Shown: piece after piece, positions 42,590 through 53,972 of the stretch
How positions within the stretch are numbered: position 1 is the stretch's first letter
Layout of the letters: each line of letters starts with the position of its first letter
Assembly (NCBI RefSeq): GCF_036321535.1
Contig: NC_087436.1
Coordinates: forward strand, 6,324,001-6,388,000
Direction of reading: 5' to 3'
Source of the DNA: Camelus dromedarius
Lineage: Eukaryota
DNA length: 64,000 nucleotides
Notes under the pieces: generated by a model
Told to the model about the DNA's origin: nothing
Databases searched by the model: none
The model's input: the letters and a program-made list of their open reading frames with translations, nothing else
Position numbers and translations under genes: made by a program

Positions 42590-43030
42590 AGTGGAATACT
42601 ACTCAGCCATTAAAAAAGGAATGAAATAGTGCCATTTGCAGCAACATGGATGGACCTAGAGATTATCATACTAAGTGAAGTAAGTCAGACAGAGACAAAT
42701 GTCATATGATAACACTTACATGTGGAATCTAAAATATGACACAAATGAACTTATTTATGAAATAGAAACAGACTCATAGACATAGAAAACAAACTTACAG
42801 TTAACAAAGGGGAAAAGGGGGATTAGATTGGGAGTTTGGGATTAACAGATACACACTACTATAAAAAGAACAGATAAACAATTAGGACCTATTATATAGC
42901 GCAAGGAACTATATTAAATATCATATAATAACCTATAATAAAAAGAATATATGTGTATAACTAAGCCACTATGCTGTACATCAGAAACTAACACAAAATT
43001 GTAAATCAACTATATTTCAATTAAAAAAAA
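42532..43030 (+). mobile_element. L1 3' end containing a (CA)n microsatellite (~42547-42585)
   Basis: ggaatactactcagccat...gcagcaacatggatggacctagag...tcaattaaaaaaaa; AAGAAATTT on both flanks. Confidence 0.9.
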
Positions 43031-43589
43031 GAAATTTCTATCTTTCCATCCATTGGCCAGTCTAAAAAATAACAAAAATGTGGTAGTAACTATGGACCCT
43101 GCTAAGATATCACCTGTTGAAAAATATAGTTAAGTATCAGGAGAAATAAGTGCACACTAGCAAATCTGAGACCCTGTCAATTTAATAGCACTTGACCTAT
43201 AAATAAAAGGTCTAAAATGAACCAAGTTTATTATTTACTTATGGTTGTCATATTTTATAAATGATGTATCTTGTATCATAATACATCATATATTTTATTA
43301 TGTATAAAATAATTATTAATTGTTATAGATATCTGTATAAAACATTTGCTTCAGATCTTTTTCCTCCACCTGTGTAAGAAGAGGTCAACTCCGCAGCTGG
43401 ACTGGGGCAACGCTTTGCTTCATCACCAGGGATGCGGGGAAGTCTGTGACCATCCCCAGCCCAGGTGGGATTAGATTTTCTAGCTGGGGATCTACACTGT
43501 GTTGTTTAAAATCCAAAACTCCCCCGCAGGCACAACTTTTCTTGTCTGCTTTGTTTAGGGTTGCAGAAGCTGATACTTTACACAGTGGT

Positions 43590-44200
43590 CACCTTGGCTA
43601 ATTCCGCGTGTGGGTAGATGAACATGCCTTATGGTTAGAGTGTAGCCGTACAGAATTCTAGGTGAACAACAGTTCTGACATCTGAACGCATTTCCTTCAT
43701 TTGTCGCCTTGCCTGCAGCTGCTGAGAAATCCGTTGCCAGCTTAATCATCCTTCTTTTATGAGTTAGCTGGCTTTTCTCTCTGGCAGACAAAGTTTTTCC
43801 TCCTCTTATTTGACTCTGCAATTTCCCTGTGGTTTTGCTAGATGTAATTTATTTTTCTCTTTCCTGTTAGATCTGGGTGTACTCCTTCAACCCAAGAACT
43901 GTCTTCGATTCTAGGAAGTTCTCAGCCACCCTGTCTTCTAATACCACCCCTTGTCCTTTTCTCTTGTTCCTTGTTTCCTGGAATTTTATGCATATGTCAT
44001 CGGGCTGTTTTGTTTTCTCCTCTATAAATCTTAGTGCCCCTTCCATATTTTTTTTTATCTCTTTACCTCTAGGTTTAATTTTTCTCTGTGCTTTTTTTTT
44101 TAAATTAATCTTTCAATTAACTTCTTCAATTCAATGATTCTGCTGTTCACACTTTTAGTTGTGTGTTTAAAACTTCAGTCTCTGTAAATGTTACTATTTT
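43590..44200 (-). mobile_element. Ancient L1/HAL1 ORF1 remnant
   Basis: Minus frame reads LSAREKSQLTHKRRMIKLATDFSAA...CSPRILY, resembling L1 ORF1p AAREKxQxTYKGxPIRLTADFS...QPRILY. Confidence 0.7.
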
Positions 44201-44759
44201 TAGTAATTTTTTTTTTTTTTGGTTTGTTTCCAAAGTTACCTGCTGTTTTCTAGATGCTTGGTTGTTGCCCCATGGTCCCTCAGATGCTTTTACGTCTACA
44301 ATATTTATGCATGTGAACACTCCCATTTATTGTATTTTCTGACTCTTGTTCATGTCACTGGCTTCTGCTTGTTGTTTGTCATTTTTACTGTATATTGGGG
44401 AGGAGTTCACTTTCCAAAGCAGTCCCGGTCGCCTGCGCTGTGGGAGAATTTCAAGAGTAATTTGGAGCTTTCTCCTTCCGAGGGCCGGGTGGGTTTCACA
44501 AGTCTAGGACCAACTTCGTGCTAATTTTTCATCTTGGTGTCCTGAGTTGGGTGGGGCTCCAGCCCTCGCCCACTTCTAGCCATGACTTCCTGAGCAGACC
44601 CTTGGGTCTCATCTTGATCACTGACCTGGCTTTGAATTTCATCTTCCTTAATTTATCCGGTGATTCCCTTTCCTTTGAAGCTCAAGTATCCATTTAAAGG
44701 TTTGGGGGTTTTGCTGTGGTTCTGTTTGTTTTTGTAATTTTTAGATACGGACACTTGAA

Positions 44760-45620
44760 AACGATTTCTCGCATCTGCTCCGTCGGTCACAGCAATCAAT
44801 GTTGTCCACGACCTGCTGGCTTCCGTTCACGGAGAGAAGAGAAGGAGGGCGGTGGTGAAGCAGAATTGTTAGCAATAAGGCCGCCTCTCGAGCGGACCTT
44901 ACCTTGTCAGTTCCCAGGTAGGAGGTGCCGGAGAAGGGACCCCATGATGCTTTGTTTCCCTTTAACGCCCCCTTCGTTGTTCCTGGTAAAGCCTTATTTG
45001 GGGGGGAAGAGTAAACTGTCTATCCTTACGCCAGATACGCTCTTAGTTAGAATATAGATGTGATACTCTCGTGGTAAACAAAATAACTTCTTTCGATCCT
45101 ATAACCAAGATCTTCCATAAGCAGAAGTTAGTGAGAACCGCCCCAGTTGCTGGAATTCCTCATAATTGGGGCACGTATTTCTCAGGTGGAGAACCCTTCC
45201 AGCTTCTTGTCATGCTTTGCCCCCCCGCCTCCTCCCCACCCTCCTGAATCCACGTGGAAGGGTCCTCGGGCAAAGCTGCTTCCTCCTCCCAGGGCCCTGT
45301 CTGCCCGGCGCCCCAGGGGCGGCCGATCAAGACCAAGCCAGCGCCCCCCACGGGGTGACGCGGGGGGATGCCGACCCCAGGGCCCCGGCCTGCCCCCTGT
45401 AAGGGCGTGGCGACTGCCCTAGGCCCCGCCCCGGCGTGGCTGCTGGGGTGTCTGAAGCCGACAAGGGGAGCCGTCCCGCTCGGGATGCGCTTTTCTGGGA
45501 TATAGAGACCCTGGGGAGGGGGCCTGGGTGAGCCCTCCCTCCACCACGACAAGGAAGTGGGCGTTACTCCTTCCCACTTTAAGAGGAAGCGATAACCAGT
45601 CAGTGCGGACCCTCATGAAC
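44760..45620. promoter_or_regulatory. Orphan CpG island, promoter-like
   Basis: High GC/CpG; GC box GGCCCCGCCCC at 45422-45432; splice donors on both strands; CRE TGACGTCA at 45880-45887. Confidence 0.6.
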
Positions 45621-46689
45621 CCAAGAGTCTTTTCTACCAGTTATTCATGTGTGTACGGCAAGTTACATATTAAGGTTTTAAACCATAGAGGGATTTCTTT
45701 TCTCCTTCGTTTTCTATTCTGATTTGGCTTTGAAGATTTTTTTTAATTCTTTGTAAGACATTAACTCACTGTTTCTTCTTCAGTCTTCTAAATATACTCG
45801 GATCAAGTAAAACAGTCACGATGCCCAAGGGAAACTGGAGATTGGGGTTTTTTTTTTTCCAAAGTTAGTTTCTCTGCTTTGACGTCAACCAGTTACAAGT
45901 TCACAGCAGGTGTACTGATAGTCTGAAACAATGTTAGCAGGTGTGGTTTAGTCATTTTCATATAATACTAAATTAGGGGAACGACCACTAACACAAATGC
46001 CTTTGAAATTAAAAGGAAACAAACATCGTTGTTGTGCTTTATATCAATCATTGATAGAGAACTGGGTCATTTTTTAGAGCAAATAGCATGCCCTGATTGA
46101 GAGTGAACTCCAGGAATTTTCTTGTGAAATATTTTTCTGTATCTTAAGATTAAGCTCTGAAGCAATGTCTTGCTCAGTTCTGGGAAAACACACTAGGACT
46201 CGACACGGGCCACTTCCATCTGTTGTAGAGGGGGAGCATGTGTTCGCTTGGAAAATGCAGTTTGAATAGATGCTCTAACCAGGCTATAATTTTGTCGCTT
46301 GCTCTGGAGACTGTTTTCCCTAAGTGGATTTAACTCTACAGTGGCTCTGTCCTGAATTTCATCTTTTTGAAATGTATGCATGGGATTGGCCAAGAAGTTC
46401 TCAACGGTTATCAATCAGTAGCTGAATTTCCCACTTGGTTATTGATTCAAGCTGGATGGCAAACCTTAGGGAGCACTGGCCTGGGTTTGGTTACACTTAG
46501 CATATGTGACTCAGAGATGGTTCTAGACAGAGTAATAAAAGTTTTCACATACCAAACACGATTCCAGGTTCTGGGGTCAGTGTTGTGGTCTCATACTTAG
46601 TCTTCTGGAGGATACCTTCCAGCAGAAGGGACAGAAAATAAACAACAAAGGAGCGTGCGCTCACACACACACACACACACAAACAAGAA

Positions 46690-47100
46690 TGTCCAATAGT
46701 CCGAAAATCAAACAGGAAATTTGATGGTGAAAAGATAGGTGGATAAGGGGCCATTCAAACCAAGTAATCAGGGAAGAACTTTCCACAGAGGAGCTACTGT
46801 GCTGAGACCTGCTTGTCAAGAAGAGGCCAGCCATGAAAAATCCACGGAAGAGCATCCTGGCAGAGAGGACCACAGGAGCAGAGGCCCTGAGCAGGAACCA
46901 GCCTGGAAAGTTGAGGGCAGACAGAGGACCCAGGCGCGTCGAGAGCGTGAGCAAGGGGGGAGGCTAGGCAGGTGAGCTGCCGCAGAGCCAGGGGGCCTTG
47001 CATGCATCCATCAGCATCTTGGACTTGATTTTAAGTGTGGCAGCGAGTCACCTGGGGGTTTTAAAGAAGACATTTCCATGATCATATTTATGTGATCCTG
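46690..47100. mobile_element. L2 remnant (others near 1700-2050, 49370-50220, 58350-58630)
   Basis: gaggagctactgtgctgagacct...gcaggaaccagcctgg...ggacttgattttaagtgt resembles degenerate L2. Confidence 0.55.
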
Positions 47101-47387
47101 ATATAAATGAGAATCACTTCTAATGTTTTTACACTTGTAGCTTCTTCACAGCATTTATTAGAACATAGGTTTTTTACCTGTTGGTGAGGTTCTTTTTTTT
47201 TTTTTTAATATCTGCCTTCTCCCTGGAAGCCCCAAGAAGCTAGGAATTAGACTATTTTGTCTCCCATTGAATGTCTAGAAGCTAATGGAGAGCCTACACA
47301 TACATCACTGGTGTTCACTCCACACACGCTGGTGGAATGAATGACTGAATGTGTGACATCAGTTCCCACTTCCTCTTAAGGTCATAG

Positions 47388-48033
47388 TGTCAGAGCAGGC
47401 AGACAGCTAGATGTGAGCAGAGAATAGGAGATGCAGCCCAAATGGCAGGAATTGGGCAGAAAGGAGGGGCACAGGCCAAATGCAGGAAACCCTACATCAT
47501 GTAAGCACCAGGGGTCTCTGGACAGAGAAAGAAAAGCAGGAACCTCTGGGCTGATAAGAAATCACACATTTTGGGGAGGCAAGGGCCTTGGAGGCTGACG
47601 AAGAAAGGTGAGAAAAGTCAAGAATCTCCAGTGTCTGAATGTAACCTTTATCTCATTATGCCCTCATTTCAATAAAATTAGCCTTGCAGATAAAAAGTCC
47701 CCATCATGCACTGATACCATGAGACTTCCAGTCCAGACTAAATAAGGACAAAGTCCCTACTCCCCTCGGGAAGGTGGAGCTGGGATGGACATCAGGGAAT
47801 ATGACCCCAGATCTTTCCCTCCCCAGTTACTATTCCACCATTCACTTTTACATCCTATGTAACCAACTTGTAAAGAAACTCAGGGCCACTGCTCACCTAA
47901 GGTCTCTCCCCTTGAGAGGGTCCTATCCATCCCTTAAAATCCCCAATTTACCTTCTTACCCTCTGTGTCTCGTCTTTGAATTCTTTCTGAGACGGGACAA
48001 AACCCTGGACACCGGCTACATCTACCGGCAACA
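47388..48033 (+). mobile_element. Solo LTR, copy 2
   Basis: TGTCAGAGCAGGCAG...CCGGCAACA; shares ttagccttgcagat and ccagactaaataaggacaaa blocks with the other copies. Confidence 0.9.
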
Positions 48034-51000
48034 GCAGGACATTGAAATTGCCTCTCACATAATAACTGCAAGCTGGCTGCATCGATGAATTGATTCCAGG
48101 CACCATCCCAATGTTCCCAGCAGGACTGCATCCACTGAGCCCAGAAGAGACATCCTTTCTGTCCTTTTCAGCATTTGAAATCAGCGTCCTTGTTTCTGAT
48201 AAAACATAGAGGACTCAAAGAAGAAAAAATATTCCTAACATGGAAACATAAGAAAACGGGAACGCAAGAGACAGAATTTTAATGTCTCTTGTTTCATAGG
48301 GCAGAAACTCTGTAATGGTGTCTGTCATCGGCCACAGTTCAGTGGATTGAACGGGACAAAACTGCATTACAAAGTAAAAGCACTGGAGGGGTTTTATGGC
48401 TGTTCCTTTCAAGCAGTTCTGTCCTGGATAGAACCATTATAGCTGAAAACTTTGAAACAATAAACCCACAGTAATTTTGCTCAAGGAGAGACGGACTCTC
48501 TCTGCTCCAAAGATACTTAGAATCATTTCAGCAAATCAAACCTGAGGGCATCTTCCTAGAAAGAGGCCATTATAGTAACTATTTCCGTGACCACTGCCAG
48601 CTTTTCTCCTCGAGCGGCTACGTGCTGATTCCACTCAAACCTCCAGTCTCCGCGTCTGTATGTCCGTGTGTTTTAGCATTGGGATAAAACACACTTTTTC
48701 AGTTCTTTACTTTTTAAGTACTGCCAGCCACCAACTCATATTCAAAATTGCCAAGGGGACCACTAAAAACAAATAGCAGACAGGTCCTAAGAATATACAT
48801 GTAAGCATTTCTCTTTCGTGATTTCAGGGAGGTGGGGGGAGTTCTTAGAATCAAAAATATACATTCCACTAGTTGAAATTATCTCGGCATCAGAGCTTAC
48901 CATTCATCCACTAGCATCAAGACAAATCCAGTAGATTCATATTCACATATTCTGGGGTGTAAATAATCCCCTGATACCATGACATCAGAGCCTTCCCTGA
49001 AAGGGAGTTTAGCTATGGAGGAAGGAGCACTTCCCTGGGATAAAGGAGGGTTTGAAGGCAAGCACGATGGAATTTGTTCCTTCGCTATTGTCCTGGGACC
49101 GTCAATGCTTAGAAGTTATATATCTTCCTAGAAACGGCAGCACGATGTATGAATTACTCAGGAGAGGACATAAAATAATACAAATACAAAGAAAGAAAGA
49201 AAACCATCATGTAGAGGTTGGCTTAGGGTACAGGATCATTGGAATATTTCATTTCCTTTGTGTTAAAAGGAAATCTTCGAAATAAGGATTTCGGAAAAGA
49301 ATCCGCCCTTTGACACCTATTACATTTCTCCTTGATTCAGCTTCTCCTTTGGAAACTAGCACCAGGTTATTCATTCAGTAGTCACTTGTAAATTGTTGTC
49401 CAGTTCCTGCTATGGGCCAGACACGGTGCTTGATGGACAGGATACAAAGATAATTCAGACAAGGTCTCAGGTGTGTATACTGACCAGAGAGGAGACAGAG
49501 AGCAAATTAACAACTGCAAGTGTCATTCAGCAACTCAAGGCCAGGAACTTATCAATTGATATGTTTTATTTCATTCTTTCTCCCTGGTGTCTGAAATACT
49601 GCCAGGCATACAGTAAATGTTCAATATACTTTATATGTAAACTATATATACTATATATATATAAATGCTCAATACGTTTATATATAAACTATACGGACTG
49701 TTGGATGAATATGATAAAAGCTGGAAGGGAGATGAGATCAAAGTTCTGCAGAAGTTCGCTGACAGCTGCACATGGAAGATGGTATTTGGGTTGAGTCTTG
49801 AAGCACTGACAGGAGATTGCTGGGCAGGCAGGATGCAAATAGACAGAGGGCATCTTGACCGAGAAAAGCCTGTCCAGAGGTACAGCAGAGTGAGAGAGCG
49901 TGGTGAATTCAGGAAGACAGGAGATGAAACATTACATTAGAAAGCAGGACTGGCAAGAGTCATACTGGGAAGGGCCACCTGAGTCCTAAAGACGTGAAAT
50001 TCAACCTGCATGGGGAAAACACTGGAAAACTTTGATCAAGAGCAGAATACAAAAGTTTAACTGCATTAAACATTGCAGTCAGGGAAGAAGGATGGGTGAA
50101 TCAGAATGAGCCCGCAGCTTGAGGCCAAGACACCAGTTAGAAGCCACTGTAACGGTGCAGCACGTGTAATCAGACCACAAAGGCCTCACCCCGGGCACTG
50201 AGAGTGGGAATGAAGGTGAAACTTTTTTTAAACCAAGGTAATAAATGCTGTTTATGACCTTAAATGTACATAGTGATCCAACATATTAATACCCTGTGAA
50301 CATCAAAAAACTGAATACATGTACAGGAGTATTATTGGGCACCGAAATGAAGGGGAAGGAAACTTCACAGTTGTGAGAATGCACAAGTGTTCTCATTAAG
50401 GCAGCTCTGACCCACACGAGCAAGGAGTATCTTCACCTCAAATGCCTCACAACCCTGGAATGCCCACTGCGAAAACACACATCAGCACACAGTGTTCCCT
50501 AAATTCTCACACATTCTTCACACTCTGATTCATCTGGTGAACCCAGTGTTCTCCGGGAAGACCAAAGGACTTGGAAATTTGCTCTGGAATTGAAGAACAG
50601 AAGAGAAATCTGGGTTTTCCCTTCAGATATTGGCTTGAACTACAGGGCAGGCGGTGGTATCATTACCAAAGAGGAGACACTACAGACCCTACAGTGGAGA
50701 TGAATCCCTCGGACAGGATGTGGGATCCCAGCCCCTACTAACGGGTGGAGTTGGACAACCCGGAGCTTGATGTGAACGGCTCCCTTGGCCAATGTAAAGG
50801 GGCTCCTGCACCTGCTTCCAGGATCTGCTCGCATCTAGACCAGGCGGGATGCCTGCTTCATTTGGCTTTGTCTGGGCTCCTGACATGTTTCTTCAGTCAA
50901 GGGCCTCGAATATCTACCTCATCCACTGGTGGGGGTCCCTGGTCAGTGCAACATGGCACAACCCTTACCCCTTTCTCAGGAGGATAATCGAGGTACAGTT

Positions 51001-51259
51001 GAGAAGCCCAACCACTTGGATGCTGGCCTTGATCCATAGACATGCCAAAATTGGACACGCTGTTTGGATGGCTAGTCACCTTTCTTAGAGGCTGGGTCTA
51101 CAGCAAGAACATGACCCATGTGCTCCAAATTTTCACCACAAAGGTGTTCAGTATGCCAGTTTCACATGTAGAATAGGAAAAAAAATCCACAGTCCAGTAT
51201 CCATACAAGAGAAAACACAGACTGGAAAGAACCTAAAAAGTCACATTAGAATGTCTTTA

Positions 51260-51412
51260 GGGGGAGGGTACAGCTCAGTGGCAGAGTGCATGCCTAATAC
51301 GCATGAGGTCCCGGGTTCGACCCCCAGTACCTCCATTTAAAGAAACAACAACAAAAACAAAAACAAAACAACAACATAAAAACCTGATTATCTTCCCCTA
51401 CCAAAAAAAAAA
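51260..51412 (+). mobile_element. tRNA-derived SINE (camelid type)
   Basis: ggggagggtacagctcagtggcagagtgc...gggttcgacccccagtacctcc, A-rich linker and A-tail. Confidence 0.92.
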
Positions 51413-53405
51413 ATGGCTTTAAACCTCAAATAATGAAAGAAATATCACGTTTTTAAAAAAGACTTCAGATGATAACTTAAAAATTCACTCATCTATATAT
51501 GTTATTAATTTATTGAATATCTTAAGTAATCCAGCATAACTTCATTTGACATAATATTGAAACATAATTTTTTATAGTAATCATCAATTCATTTCTTTTT
51601 GACTGAACAGGGGATTTATAAACAAAGAGATATATCAGAATCTCCCAAGAAGTCTTTTTGTTTTGTTTCTGATTTCTCTTGTTGTTTCAGGGTCCACATG
51701 CCCACCTGTACTAAATCAGGCTCTGACAGTAGGGTCTGGGCATGTGTGAGCTGGCCTTGAGATGAGTTAAGGCAGTGGGACCAAAGGCCAAGATGAGAGC
51801 ATGTTTGTAGTATGCAGTAAATAATGACTGTACGTATGCATGAATTATATAAGATTTAGAACAAAGAAAACAGAAGTACGCATGGACTAGAGATATTCTG
51901 TAAGCCTCAAGAACAAAGAAATTCACATTGTGCATGTGCTGGCAGAGAACAGATAAAAAGCAGGACAGGTGCATCGTAGGTGCACGCACCTCCCTGTGGC
52001 AATAGAATAAAGCATTGTTAACCCCGTGGTGTCTCCTGCTGAACTCTGTCCGGCGGTATGGCAACTCCTCGCGCATTTTTTCATTTGGGCCGCTCACCTT
52101 CTAGAATCCCACGTCAGCCCCCCTCGGTTGACAGTGTGTGTCCTTGAATTTTCCATTTCCATGTCGTTTGAAACCTGTAAGAAAGAGCAACTGCCCCCTC
52201 CCCCCATTCTTTGCCCAGAGTTCTGAGTATCTGTTCTGTTAGCTCAGGATCTGTATTTTGGGCGCGGCTCAGAGAGAAGGCGTGGCTTTGCTCCAGGCAG
52301 CAGCAGCAGCAACGGCCCTGACCCCACTGGCCCTGACTCCAGGATGGGGCCTCCCTGGGCTGGCAGGTTAGTGCCCCTCTGAGCTCAGTGCCCAGCCGGG
52401 CTGAGACCTGCGTGAGCCCCCTCTGAGCGTGGTGGGCTCCAGGAGTGAGCTGCACAGCAGCTGTACCGCCTTTATTATCCAGCCTGGAAAGTCCTGTAGC
52501 ATCACTTCCGCCTCAGACATGCCCCACCCCAAACTCAGAGGGGGAAAATAAAGCACTTGTACCGGTGAAAGAACTAGGGAATGAGAGGTAGTATTGTCAG
52601 CATTTTTGCAAAATGCAGTTCTGTACCCAGAGTCACCAATTATTTACATTTTGCCCCATTTATTTTATCATTCTTCCTATCTATGTATTTATCTCTACAA
52701 AGATATAGAATATCTATGCACATACGAAGATACATAAACTTGTGTTTATTTTCTAAAAACAAAGGCATTATCTTTTGGAATCACAGTACGGTTACCAAAA
52801 TTAGGAAATTTAATATTGATACATTGCTGTTTTCCAATCCTTAGTCCATATTTAAGTTTTATCAATTGTTCCCTTCCTTTCCTCTCAAATCCATAAAGGA
52901 ACTTATGAGGCATGTGTATTTCTTAAATTTCCAAAGGTGAGCCTGGTGGCCGCTCTTAGTCTAGAATAACATGTAAATATTTGGAGACAGACCCAAGTTT
53001 AAATCCCAGCTTTGTTACTGACCTGAAGCATAACCTTTGGCAAATTGCTTTAGCTCTCTATGTCTCAGTCTCCTCATTAACAAAAATGGGGGCATTATTG
53101 GCTACACCACAGAATGGAGGGAAAATATATCTGGTGCCTGCTTTTCTGCAAATGTTAGATTGTCCTCTTTCACTCGTTAAAATTACTAAATAATCACTAG
53201 AATGTGGTGCTGGAGGTGGCAGTGTCCCTACACTTCTGCTCCATCTCCACTGAACCCTAACTGACTGTGGGATTCAATAGAAATTCAGTCGTGCTTTACC
53301 AAGGCTGCAGTCACTAATTTGGGGTGTACTGTTCTGAGTCTAAATCATGGATTCAATCCCACATGAGTCAATTTGCTTTTGTTTTTTATTCCCTAATCTC
53401 AAACT

Positions 53406-53972
53406 TCTACCAGAGAGTAGGTTCTTGTCTTGTTGCAGAAAGAATTCAGAGATGAGAATTTATTATTAGGTGATAGGATGCTCTCAAGGGAGACTCAGGT
53501 GAGCAGCTGCCCTGGGTTTCCTTGACAAGCTGGTTACATAGGGTGTAAAAATGAGTCAGCAGAATATTCACTGGAGAGGGATGGGTTTGGGGTCATATTT
53601 CCTGATTTTCGTCCCAGCTCCACATTTCTGTGAGGAGAAAGGATTTTTGTCCTTATTTAGTCTGGATCAGAAGTGTCATGGCATTGGTGCATGAGGGGTA
53701 CTTCTAATCTGAAAGGCTAATTTTATTGAAATGAGGGCATAATGAGCAAGAATTTACATTCAGACACTGGAGATTCCTGCCTTTTCCCACTTTTCTTTGT
53801 CGGTTTTCAGGACATTTGTCTCCCCAAAATGTGTGGTATCTTATCAGTCTGGTAGTTCCTGCTTTCCTCTGTCTGCCCAAGGATGCCCGTTGTTCATAAG
53901 ATGTGTGGTTTCCTGCCATTTGGCCCATGCCCCCTTTCTCTGCTTGTATCTAGCTATCCGCCTGCTCTAACA
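53406..53972 (-). mobile_element. Solo LTR, copy 3
   Basis: Minus strand starts TGTTAGAGCAGGCGG; flanked by AAACT at 53401-53405 and 53973-53977. Confidence 0.9.

Noticed and set aside
38595..48033. Single provirus bounded by two same-orientation LTRs
   Set aside because: The LTRs differ structurally, outer flanks do not match, no primer-binding site or gag/pol/env was seen, and the interval holds older host repeats.
51260..51335. tRNA gene
   Set aside because: The tRNA-like head runs into a SINE body and A-tail, and four related copies exist in the window.
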